Shown here in pieces: positions 27,375 to 36,492 of a DNA stretch of 64,000 bases; within the stretch, counting starts at the first letter, position 1, and the number at the start of each line of letters is the position of its first letter. The DNA is taken from the IMG/VR virus record IMGVR_UViG_3300025120_010521, one strand, 5' to 3'. The position numbers and the translations under genes were made by a program. The DNA is from a virus. Its lineage: Duplodnaviria > Caudoviricetes. A model generated the notes under the pieces. That model was not told the origin of the DNA, ran no database searches, and saw only the letters and a list, made by a program, of their open reading frames with translations.

Positions 27375-28014
27375 CAGTCAAGATAACTTCGACGAAGCAT
27401 ATCTAGAACAAGCATTAGAAAATAGTAACTTATGTTTATTGCAAAGATGTAAAGATCGTTTCCTTCATGTTGCAATGAACAAGTTTAATAATTATTTTAA
27501 AACTAGCCACAGTGCTGATCGTAGTTTGGTAATAGGTTCAAACTATGAAATATCTGATCAAAAACATTTTGAACTGCCTACTTATAATCACATTGACATA
27601 TACAAATATGACTCCAATCAAGGAAGTATGGCACAGTCTATAGTTATAAAAGACTTACAGATAATAAACTTTCAAATAGCATTTGAAGACCACAGCATCA
27701 GTAGACAATGGACTTACGATGACTTTGAATATATTTTTGAAAACATAGTTCAACATGACAACTGCCTTATGGTAGGTGACATACATTATGAACCTGACAC
27801 TCCTAAAAACTTTGAAAGTCTTATTGAACAACACAATTTTAAAAATAACACAAACAACATTGTTACATTTTCTAAAATTGTTGATGGTGTAGCACATGGA
27901 TTCCGACACGACAGGATACTAACAAAAGGAAAAGTCGACGTACATAACATACAAACTTTTGCAAAGCCACATAACCAAGGCAATGCACATTGGATAATAA
28001 ATTATAATGTTTAA
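27349..28014 (+). CDS. Endonuclease/exonuclease/phosphatase (EEP) superfamily-like protein
   Basis: ITQWN, CLLQ, LMVGDIH, TF...HDRILT, NAH, resembling EEP motifs. Confidence 0.5.
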   Translation: MQITQWNCSSQDNFDEAYLEQALENSNLCLLQRCKDRFLHVAMNKFNNYFKTSHSADRSLVIGSNYEISDQKHFELPTYNHIDIYKYDSNQGSMAQSIVIKDLQIINFQIAFEDHSISRQWTYDDFEYIFENIVQHDNCLMVGDIHYEPDTPKNFESLIEQHNFKNNTNNIVTFSKIVDGVAHGFRHDRILTKGKVDVHNIQTFAKPHNQGNAHWIINYNV

Positions 28015-28156
28015 AACATTGGCAATCACAATAGTGTTATGCACAGTTTATACAATATACTGGCGTAACTTTGAAAGTGTATTACTTTTTATTAATAACA
28101 TAGTTTAACTACTGGACTCTATACTCTTAAATAGTTATAGAGAGGCGGTAATCATT

Positions 28157-28480
28157 ATGTTGTTTAGAATCTTTTTTAAAGATGCATACAAATGGTACGA
28201 AGCAAAAACGTTACAATCATATAACAATGATGATGTTAAGCCGCGAGTCAAACGCAAGAAGTTTTCAACATTAAAAAGAAAAGCACCCAAAGTTCCAGAA
28301 TACACTTGCCCAATCATTGATAGTGTGCTAGATGATTTAAGTTCAGATCCAAATATCAAAGCAAGTAAATTTACTAAAGTCAAACGCAAGATGGAAAAAC
28401 TAAGAACAAAAAATGAATTACTACGTGAATCCGGCATCTACTGGTATGAGATTGCTAAAGGTGTCTTTACTGGCAAATAA
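28157..28480 (+). CDS. Hypothetical protein with coiled-coil C-terminus
   Basis: ORF track; AGAGGCGG RBS-like. Confidence 0.65.
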   Translation: MLFRIFFKDAYKWYEAKTLQSYNNDDVKPRVKRKKFSTLKRKAPKVPEYTCPIIDSVLDDLSSDPNIKASKFTKVKRKMEKLRTKNELLRESGIYWYEIAKGVFTGK

Positions 28481-28533
28481 CACATGAGTTTACTCCATTA
28501 CCTATGCACTTAAATATTAGTGTAGGCTTAAAC

Positions 28534-29250
28534 ATGGCACGAAAAAACAAACGATCAAAGAAATACCGTGACAACATAGACTTCACACACGATGAAGTTT
28601 ATAAATCAACATACAAACAGATCCAACCTCGAAATGAACAGCAACGTCTGTACCACAGATACTTGAACGACTGGAGCAAGGTCATATTGATCGCCCTTGG
28701 CCCTGCAGGAACTGGTAAGACATATCTGGCAGTACAGGAAGCAGTGGAATCGTTCAAAGCCAAAGACATTGAACGCATTGTTATCACAAGACCTGCTGTG
28801 AGTGTGGATGAAAAACATGGATTTCTACCTGGTGGTTTGGTGGAAAAGATGGCGCCATGGATAAGACCTATAGTAGACATATTTAGAGAACACTGGTCAC
28901 CACGCCAAACGGAATACTTCATGAAGCAGGAGAAGATAGAAATTGCACCATTGGCATACATGCGAGGCAGGACTTTCAAGAACTGTTGGATCATCGCTGA
29001 TGAAATGCAGAATGCTACTCCAGAACAAATGAAGATGTTGCTCACAAGAATAGGTGACAACTCACGTTTGGTGGTGACTGGTGACTTACAACAACATGAC
29101 CGAGGTTATGAAAAAAATGGTCTACAAGAATTTATAGAACGATACGACCAAGATCCACAACGTTACAATCTAGTAAACACAGTCAACTTTGGACAAGAAC
29201 ACATCGAACGCCACCCTGTAGTGAGCCAAGTGCTTGACATCTACAAGTAA
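28534..29250 (+). CDS. phoH: PhoH-family ATPase
   Basis: LGPAGTGKT, ITRPAV, GFLPG, EIAPLAYMRGRTF, IIADEMQN, LLTRIG, VVTGDLQQ; start MARKNK at 28534 preferred. Confidence 0.95.
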   Translation: MARKNKRSKKYRDNIDFTHDEVYKSTYKQIQPRNEQQRLYHRYLNDWSKVILIALGPAGTGKTYLAVQEAVESFKAKDIERIVITRPAVSVDEKHGFLPGGLVEKMAPWIRPIVDIFREHWSPRQTEYFMKQEKIEIAPLAYMRGRTFKNCWIIADEMQNATPEQMKMLLTRIGDNSRLVVTGDLQQHDRGYEKNGLQEFIERYDQDPQRYNLVNTVNFGQEHIERHPVVSQVLDIYK

Positions 29251-29269
29251 GGCGCTCGATAAAGTATGA

Positions 29270-29500
29270 TTAGCTAATCATACAAAGTTTTATTTTAATT
29301 TCCCAGTTCTTTTCTTTACATCTTTTTATAAAATGTCTACGAGCTTCACCGGTCCATTTTTCCCATGCACCTGTTTTGATATCAGTTTCAAGAGTTTGCT
29401 TTCTCTTTATTGCATTGTTTTCATTGGGTGAAAATGAAGTAAAGCCTTCTACTGGATTTGATTGTTTTGGGTTGATCCCATACACTATTGTTGCTAACAT
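29270..29500 (-). CDS. Small hypothetical early protein
   Basis: AGGAGG RBS; early promoter -35 at 29577-29582. Confidence 0.65.
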   Translation of the reverse strand: MLATIVYGINPKQSNPVEGFTSFSPNENNAIKRKQTLETDIKTGAWEKWTGEARRHFIKRCKEKNWEIKIKLCMIS

Positions 29501-29598
29501 GTTTACCTCCTGTGGTTTATGTTAATATGAGCTTCATTGCTCAACTATATTTATATAATAGCACATATTATATATTTGTCAACCAAGTAAATAACAGT

Positions 29599-30290
29599 AT
29601 GGATATCATAAAACACCTAAGATCTAAACCTCTTGTACACATCATATCGGAACCTAGGTCGGGCAGTAATTCATTGTATTGGTGTCTCAAACACAATACC
29701 GTACAAAATAAAGAACTTTCGGTAAAGTTTTGGCATCAGAACTCTGCAGAACACAAAAATATAATACCCAATAGGCTAAACAAAAATGAACAGCTTGAAC
29801 TAGCTCACAACAATGTATCTGGACTTTGTGGATACATCAACCACAACCTACAACAATCAAAAGTTATCAAAAATCATCTAGTAGACATGCAGGACTATTC
29901 ACTTCGCGATCAACAAAGGCTATGGCAATTACCTGCATACAAAGTAGGACTATCAAGAAGAAATCTATTTCAACAGGTATTAAGTCGTTGTTTGGCCAAA
30001 CTCACAGGCATATATCACATAGACGAATCACTTGGAGATCATATGGTCCCTAAAACGATTGCACCAGAATTTTTCCTAGATCACCTTGCTAAAGTATCAC
30101 ACAGAAAGCAAGAACTACACAAACACAAATTGCGTTTCCATCAGTTCATCTATTACGAAGACATCGTGTTTCCTATTACGAAGACATCGTGTTTCCTGCA
30201 CACATGGACCAATACAAGTTTCCAGACAAGTCCATCACAGTCAGCAATATTGCCGAACTAGAACAGCTATACCAAAAACACAAGGCGTAG
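29599..30290 (+). pseudogene. Sulfotransferase-like (Stf0-type) gene frameshifted by a 23-bp tandem duplication
   Basis: PRSGS 5'-PAPS-binding loop; removing one repeat copy restores YYEDIVFPAHMDQYKFPDKSITVSNIAELEQLYQKHKA* ending at TAG 30288-30290. Confidence 0.65.
30150..30197. repeat. Perfect 23-bp tandem duplication CTATTACGAAGACATCGTGTTTC, two copies
   Basis: 30150-30172 and 30173-30195. Confidence 0.95.
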
Positions 30291-30832
30291 CCTTTACTTG
30301 CGGATTTATCCGCATTTAGGCCCCTCGGCGGCTATGCAGAAGTAGTAGAGCATCGTCAACCAATATGTATGCGTATAGATCACTCTGTAGCACATGTTCA
30401 ACTCTAATAGGTCACATGCCTAATTCAACTCTAGGACTCAATACAAACTACCGTCAGAACCGCTCAATTCAGATTAGTTTGCCACATCCATCGAGTCAGA
30501 ATATTCTCGAGTATGTCTCTACTCTGTTACATGTTATCCATAAGGCACCACGCACTATCCACTCGCCATTCACAATGTCCTCCACGTGATGTTGCAGTAG
30601 GGCCGCAGTGATGATCTGTGGTGTACCTTGAAGTTTATCTCCAACAGCGTCAGGAACGGTGGCATAGTGTAATGGGAAAACGAATATGAAAATCACGAAG
30701 TGATTTGATGTTGAGTTTTACATTAAAACAGGACTTCCTAAAAATTTAACCGCACATACAATTATAATACAATATTCGCCGGTCTGACCACCCGATAAAT
30801 ATTATGTAGTATTAGAAGTAGAGGGATTTGAT

Positions 30833-31411
30833 ATGAAACAGGGAACACATTATTTTCACGTACCAGAATTAGATATAACAGAGAGCAAACGAAAAACACT
30901 TGTTAAACGTTTTGAAATATATCAGAAGTTTAATAAGGGTGGAGATTGGTATGAAAATGCTGATGGTACTACATCACAAACTTTTAACTATTACCCAAGT
31001 GGAAAATCTACACTAACAAACATATTCAACGATGAGCAAATACGTCATATGAAAAATATATGTAAAAGTATTCCAGGTAACCCACAAACAACTGAACCTT
31101 TTGACTTCTTACATTGTCAAGGAGAAGTTTTTAAACATATAGATGAATTAAGATCAGCTGTTATTACAGTGCCGTTACTGTTAGATAATGATCACGGTTT
31201 ACAATTTTGGAATGATGACGGTACTGAAATCATCGACTACTTAAAATATGATTACAAAACTTATATTTTTAATTCAAAAACACTACATGGTGTAAATACA
31301 TCTACTGAACCAAGATTGTTCTGGCAAGCAAGTATATTTGATGAAGTTGCTAGTTTTAGTGAAATAAGAAAAATGTACGAAACTGATCAGTTATTCAAAG
31401 ATAATCAATAA
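30833..31411 (+). CDS. 2OG-Fe(II) dioxygenase-like protein
   Basis: VFKHID...YIFNSKTLHGV...PRLFWQ. Confidence 0.7.
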   Translation: MKQGTHYFHVPELDITESKRKTLVKRFEIYQKFNKGGDWYENADGTTSQTFNYYPSGKSTLTNIFNDEQIRHMKNICKSIPGNPQTTEPFDFLHCQGEVFKHIDELRSAVITVPLLLDNDHGLQFWNDDGTEIIDYLKYDYKTYIFNSKTLHGVNTSTEPRLFWQASIFDEVASFSEIRKMYETDQLFKDNQ

Positions 31412-31716
31412 TTAAAGTCGTTGTACAAAGTATACTTTGCTGTAAGCTCTTCGCCTGCTTTAATTGGCTTTATCGTTTGTAGATACTTTACAGGAAGTTG
31501 ATGCCAAAATCCATTTACATTTTTACAGTTGGGTTCATCTGAGTGATTATAGAATGCACCCAAGGCAGTTCTAATGCTACCGTGTGGGAAGTTTTTATCT
31601 AATACGTGTACAATACCTAGTATTGTCCATGCATCAAAATCTTGTGTAGCAAACAAGCCAAGGCCTTGCACCTTTGACTCTTTGATAGTTAATCCTTCTG
31701 GTAATGGTCTATACAT
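31405..31716 (-). CDS. Minimal SET-domain protein
   Basis: ESKVQGLGLFAT; FYNHSDEPNC; IKAGEELTAKY. Confidence 0.9.
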   Translation of the reverse strand: MYRPLPEGLTIKESKVQGLGLFATQDFDAWTILGIVHVLDKNFPHGSIRTALGAFYNHSDEPNCKNVNGFWHQLPVKYLQTIKPIKAGEELTAKYTLYNDFNY

Positions 31717-31851
31717 AATATTAATACTTATTATATAATAACTTATCTGTTAATGCAAGAAAAGATTTGTAAACAGATTAGTTAACACCATATGTTGCAT
31801 GTTTATATAGAATCCTACAAGCCTAAATACTATTGACTTTACTAAATCTAT

Positions 31852-32151
31852 ATGGGAGTAGTAGACATGGATAGAAACATCATTGAGCAATTAAACGACA
31901 GAATAGACGAACTAGAACAAAAGATCGAAAGACTAGTTGATCTTTTAGAAATGAATCACGAGTTCGAAGACCAAGATTACGATTCAGATTACAGCGAAGA
32001 AGAGTTAGACGAGTGTGAAGAATGCTACGAAGAACCTTGTGGCTGTGATAACGAAGATGACGACAACGACTTCGAAGAAGACGAAGACGAAGACGAAGAC
32101 CAAGACGAAGATGACTTTGAGTACGACGAAGACGACAAAACTTATAACTAA
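31852..32151 (+). CDS. Coiled-coil plus extremely acidic protein with a Cys cluster
   Basis: N-terminal heptads; ECEECYEEPCGCD; D/E-rich tail. Confidence 0.75.
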   Translation: MGVVDMDRNIIEQLNDRIDELEQKIERLVDLLEMNHEFEDQDYDSDYSEEELDECEECYEEPCGCDNEDDDNDFEEDEDEDEDQDEDDFEYDEDDKTYN

Positions 32152-32161
32152 TTTATGTATA

Positions 32162-32189
32162 AAGGTAGGGTATTAATTTACCCTACCTT
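32162..32189. repeat. Palindrome GGTAGGGTA-N6-TACCCTACC, copy 1
   Basis: 11-bp stem AAGGTAGGGTA/TACCCTACCTT between convergent genes. Confidence 0.85.
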
Positions 32190-33396
32190 AATTATTTGCT
32201 TTATTTGAAATATCTTTTTCAACCCGTGTAACAGTTTTCTTACTGCATATTCTTTTACACATTTCCATATTTTCAAAATTATCCATTATTTTTTTAAATG
32301 CAGGACCGTTTATTATTTCTTTATATGTATTTTTGTAAATGCTCATTGACTCGGCATCCTGCTTTGTAATTCCTGCTTGATCAAAAGTCCATTGTTGGTC
32401 AACTCTCATGAAACAACATGGCAAAAATAATCCTTCACTAGATATAAAATTAGCATAATTTTTTACGTTCATACATTGTGGATACACATTTTCTGTTTGT
32501 ACAATGTCTACTTCATCTTTAGCTAATGGCAATGTTCCGTATGATCTTTTTGCTTTACTACCTTCTGGTAGCTTAACTATGTCTATTGCATTAGACTGTT
32601 TTATTTTAGTTAGCTCTGCACCTGCTTCTCTATTCCATATATATTTTGGCTTTGGTTCTTCTTTTTTACGTTTTGCCAATACTGCTGTTCTTGGAGTGAT
32701 ATTAATTGTTAAATCTGTTACTTTTGTTTTCCAACTATCAGGGCCACTTTTTAAATCATTTACATACAATTCTAATTGATCTAGACTTTGATTAAATTCT
32801 TTTTTATTTACTAATTGTCCAACTGGTGCTCTATGAGTATCAATCAATTCAAAATATGTAAACCCAATTTCGTTAGCTATATCAAATGCAGTCTTCATAT
32901 CGTTGTAAGAATTGTTATATTTAAAAACAATGTATTTCCATTTTATACGTCTATTCTGTTTTGCTAGTATTTCTGTCCCAACTTTAATACTTGGCCAATC
33001 AGCATTGACTCTATATTGTGTAAAGTTTTCTGGTGTTCCATCTAAACTAAATGTTATTAGATCTGAATTTGTCATTAGGTCAGCAATTTGTTCCCAGTCT
33101 TTTGCTTTTCTATAACTACCGTTGGTGTCCATCATAAAGTTAATATTGGCTTCTTTGATTGCTTTTAAGGTCTTTACAAGGTGGGGATGATACAATCCGT
33201 CACCGTAGGCTCCAGTTAATAGTATTTTGGTTACTGGTAGTAGTTTTAAAAAGTCTATTAATTTATCAGCATCTATATGTCCGTTATCCCATAAATGTCT
33301 TTTGTCTGCTTGAAAGGTACGGGGACAGTTAGGACATTTAATTGTGCATTTACTAGTTAACTCTAGCTCTAAAGTATTAGACTCAGGGAATTTCAT
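32188..33396 (-). CDS. Radical SAM protein with C-terminal SPASM/twitch domain
   Basis: ELTSKCTIKCPNC; GAYGDG; DTNGS; FSLDG; FLPCCF...CKRIC. Confidence 0.9.
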   Translation of the reverse strand: MKFPESNTLELELTSKCTIKCPNCPRTFQADKRHLWDNGHIDADKLIDFLKLLPVTKILLTGAYGDGLYHPHLVKTLKAIKEANINFMMDTNGSYRKAKDWEQIADLMTNSDLITFSLDGTPENFTQYRVNADWPSIKVGTEILAKQNRRIKWKYIVFKYNNSYNDMKTAFDIANEIGFTYFELIDTHRAPVGQLVNKKEFNQSLDQLELYVNDLKSGPDSWKTKVTDLTINITPRTAVLAKRKKEEPKPKYIWNREAGAELTKIKQSNAIDIVKLPEGSKAKRSYGTLPLAKDEVDIVQTENVYPQCMNVKNYANFISSEGLFLPCCFMRVDQQWTFDQAGITKQDAESMSIYKNTYKEIINGPAFKKIMDNFENMEMCKRICSKKTVTRVEKDISNKANN

Positions 33397-33421
33397 AATA
33401 CATGTATTTATTATTATGAAT

Positions 33422-33443
33422 GGTAGGGTAATATTACCCTACC
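33422..33443. repeat. Perfect 22-bp palindrome GGTAGGGTAATATTACCCTACC, copy 2
   Basis: Same arms as copy 1; followed by T7. Confidence 0.85.
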
Positions 33444-33737
33444 TTTTTTTATGATTTATAAGAAAAATAAAAGTAACATAGATAGCATTGTAATAACAAC
33501 TGTAGCAACTGCAACTATTCCTGCTACAGTATATACTTTATTCATCATTTTTTAACTTTACCTTTGCCTGACAGGTATTTAACAGTGTGTGGCTCACCAA
33601 ATATTTTTATGTATAATTTTGTAATGAAAGTTGTAATTTTGTTTATAAATTTTGGCATTTTTAACTGCTTATGATTTTATTATAACATATAAAAATAATT
33701 TTGCAATACAAAAAATTAGTTGTTATCCACAATTGAT

Positions 33738-33814
33738 TGGCCTGCCCGGCAGGATTCGAACCTGCAACCTACGGTTTAGAAGACCGTTGCTCTGTCCTGT
33801 TGAGCTACGGGCAG
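33738..33814 (-). tRNA. tRNA-Arg(UCU)
   Basis: Cloverleaf, loop CTTCTAA, encoded CCA. Confidence 0.95.
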
Positions 33815-33997
33815 ACAATAACTTACTTTTTCTTTTTCTTTTTACTGCCCCATCCGTATTTTTTATTAATAGTTTCTGGATCTGACCTTCGCATAGGTGG
33901 ACAAGTTGTTGGTTTATTATTTTTTAACCATTTTTCAATTAAAATTTTATCTTCTAATGTTATTTGTGATCTAGTCAATTTAGTTAATCCTTATGTT

Positions 33998-34084
33998 TGG
34001 TGCGAGTGGAGGGACTTGAACCCACACATCATGATTGATAACGGATTTTAAGTCCGTTGCGTCTACCTATTCCGCCACACTCGC
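33998..34084 (-). tRNA. tRNA-Leu(UAA)
   Basis: Loop CTTAAAA, long variable arm, encoded CCA. Confidence 0.95.
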
Positions 34085-34091
34085 TTTTAAA

Positions 34092-34376
34092 TTATGATCT
34101 AACGTTTCCGCGATCTTTTTCTATTTGCATATAGAAATCGTTAAGCTCGGAAGTAATATTTGGTTGATGTGTAACTATGTGGTCAATTACAAATTGTTTA
34201 AATTGTTCATATGAAGGAACTGTATACGATCCCCAATCAGGAACTTCTTTCCAATTTATTTCATTCTTGTTTGCATCAAGGACTACATGCATATTTTTGC
34301 GTGTATCTTCATCTTCATCATATTCAAGTACATAGGTGTACCCAAGATAGGTATAGTATTCTTTGTATGAGTGCAT
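34092..34376 (-). CDS. Hypothetical protein
   Basis: ORF track; AAGAGG RBS; -35-like TTGACA at 34434-34439. Confidence 0.65.
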   Translation of the reverse strand: MHSYKEYYTYLGYTYVLEYDEDEDTRKNMHVVLDANKNEINWKEVPDWGSYTVPSYEQFKQFVIDHIVTHQPNITSELNDFYMQIEKDRGNVRS

Positions 34377-34466
34377 GACAACCTCTTACTATTGCTCTCT
34401 AACTGTATGCATTATTACATAGGTATTTGATCTTGTCAACCACTTTTGGCCAAATAAATACTACAA

Positions 34467-35240
34467 ATGGCAAATTCAAAAAGTTTTCATACACTTGTTA
34501 AACAAAACAAGATAGAGATTATAAAAGCATCTGATCCTGCAAAAAATCTTATTGACAAAATTTTTAAAACTTCTGCAGAATGGATAGATAAAGATTACAA
34601 AAACCCTGTGCTTGTTTTTCAAGACAAAGACTTTATCTATAAAGTATTCTATCATGATATAAAAATAAATGGTATAACTTTGAAAAATCAGAAACATACA
34701 ATTGATATGTATATAAAGTTTTTTAAAAACTATAAAGGTGACATGCAATTAAAAAATTACTATATCGATACCCAATGTTCTATTTTACAACTAGTTAAGT
34801 TGCCTGGTGAAACATTAACTAATTTAAAAGGTGATATTGACTTAACCATACATCAAGCTGGAGAATGGTTTGCTGAGCAATGCAAACAGATACATTTAGC
34901 AGGTATAGATTGTGTAAAAAAATATAAAGAGTTTCAAATAGAAAGACATATATTTAATAATGGTTATTACTTTATATTTTCAGATTGGAATCCTGATAAT
35001 ATTTTATATGACCAAACAACAAACAAATTATATCTTGTAGATCTGCAACCAGTGAATTGGATCCCAAATGATTTATGGAAATGCACTATAAGATCCCAAT
35101 GGAGAGATATTGCTAGATTAAATTGGAAAATACCAAAAAGACAAATAACAAAGCAACATTTATTAAATATAGAATATAATACCATTAACTTAATTAAAGA
35201 AAGTCTTGGAGAACAATATAGATCAAGGAAAAGCAGATGA
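34467..35240 (+). CDS. Kinase-like (APH/PKc-fold) protein, paralog 1
   Basis: FIYKVF; FSDWNPDNILY...LYLVDL resembles the catalytic-loop DxxxxN and DFG-like motifs. Confidence 0.6.
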   Translation: MANSKSFHTLVKQNKIEIIKASDPAKNLIDKIFKTSAEWIDKDYKNPVLVFQDKDFIYKVFYHDIKINGITLKNQKHTIDMYIKFFKNYKGDMQLKNYYIDTQCSILQLVKLPGETLTNLKGDIDLTIHQAGEWFAEQCKQIHLAGIDCVKKYKEFQIERHIFNNGYYFIFSDWNPDNILYDQTTNKLYLVDLQPVNWIPNDLWKCTIRSQWRDIARLNWKIPKRQITKQHLLNIEYNTINLIKESLGEQYRSRKSR

Positions 35241-35920
35241 ATAAAGATTACGGGAAAAGCATAGTTGAAGAAATATTCAACACTAAAGTTAAGGCAATGT
35301 ATAAAAATGATTATGCAAGTAGTCGTGCCGTGTACTCAGATTCTAATTTTATATATAAAGTTTTTCGCAAAGAAACAGTAGTTGAGCAGTTTAAAAAATT
35401 CTTACAAAATTATCAAGGTGACTTAAAACTACTTGATACTTATGAAAGTGATGAACTAGTTATATTTAAAATGAATAAACTGCCAGGCGAAACTATGTTA
35501 TTAAGATGCAAAGATAAAAATAAAACTTCTATTGATTTGCCTGTGCTAATGTCTTGGTTTAAACAACAGGTACATGAAATACATAACACTGGTGTTAGAT
35601 GCTACAACAAGTATGATGAATATAAGATTAAAGATGACCCATGGGGGAATGGATTTATATTTACATTTTGTGATTGGACCAATGGTAATTTTTTATACAA
35701 CGAAATAGATAAAAAACTGTATCTAATAGATCTAGAGCCAGTTAACTGGATTCCAAGAAATATATGGAATTGTATTGTTAGAGATCATTTTAGGACTTTT
35801 ATTAAAAATTTTGCTGTTAAAGGTTTAGAGGATCCTAACTATGTATCACATTTAGAAGATATAATAGTAGAACAACTGTCAAAAGAAATAGCATTATTTG
35901 GGCACTACACTAGTGATTAA
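35237..35920 (+). CDS. Kinase-like protein, paralog 2
   Basis: FIYKVF; FCDWTNGNFLY...LYLIDLEPVNWIP; tandem paralog with ATGA overlap. Confidence 0.6.
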   Translation: MNKDYGKSIVEEIFNTKVKAMYKNDYASSRAVYSDSNFIYKVFRKETVVEQFKKFLQNYQGDLKLLDTYESDELVIFKMNKLPGETMLLRCKDKNKTSIDLPVLMSWFKQQVHEIHNTGVRCYNKYDEYKIKDDPWGNGFIFTFCDWTNGNFLYNEIDKKLYLIDLEPVNWIPRNIWNCIVRDHFRTFIKNFAVKGLEDPNYVSHLEDIIVEQLSKEIALFGHYTSD

Positions 35921-35949
35921 AAGGTGTCTTAGTCCTGTTTTAAAGCGTC

Positions 35950-35992
35950 TACAAGCGTCATACAGTGTGTGAACTAGTGTTTGACGCTTGTA
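35950..35992. terminator. 11-bp inverted repeat between convergent genes
   Basis: TACAAGCGTCA...TGACGCTTGTA. Confidence 0.55.
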
Positions 35993-36019
35993 CTGTTAAA
36001 ACCCTATTTAAAAGAAGAT

Positions 36020-36463
36020 TTAAGCCAATGCTTGTATTCTATCTCTAAGCCTTTCAGCCCTATTTCCTACTTGTTTTGCCCAACGTGAGTCCATCATTTC
36101 AACGGCCGCTGTGTTCCAGTCGCTGTTATTCACTCCAGCAATAAACTTTTTAAATTTGGCCAATCTTGGAGCACCCATATTGAATGTCATATTTACAATA
36201 ACTTCTTGTGCTTCGCTAGGTAATTCTGTTAGATTAGGAAATACTTTTTTTGCTTCACTTATATAAATTGCAACGTCACTATCAAAAACTGCATTTACTC
36301 TTTGTTCGTTTACAAGAGTGCCTACGGGTTTTCCATATTCTTCGTCTGCTTCTGTAATTAAATGTCCAATACCAAATGTAGGATAACCTAAGTGATCGTT
36401 ATACACTTCGTATTTGACTCCTTCATCTATTTTAAGTTGTTCTCTTAATTTATCTACGTTCAT
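36020..36463 (-). CDS. T4-type lysozyme (GH24)
   Basis: LKIDEG...YNDHLGYPTFGIGH; NMTFNMG; AAVEMMDSRWAKQVGNRA. Confidence 0.95.
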   Translation of the reverse strand: MNVDKLREQLKIDEGVKYEVYNDHLGYPTFGIGHLITEADEEYGKPVGTLVNEQRVNAVFDSDVAIYISEAKKVFPNLTELPSEAQEVIVNMTFNMGAPRLAKFKKFIAGVNNSDWNTAAVEMMDSRWAKQVGNRAERLRDRIQALA

Positions 36464-36492
36464 TGTTTTATCCTTTTACACGTACAATTTAT

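Noticed and set aside
32040-32140. GAAGAC/GACGAA microsatellite-like run
   Set aside because: Explained by the Asp/Glu-rich tail of the encoded protein
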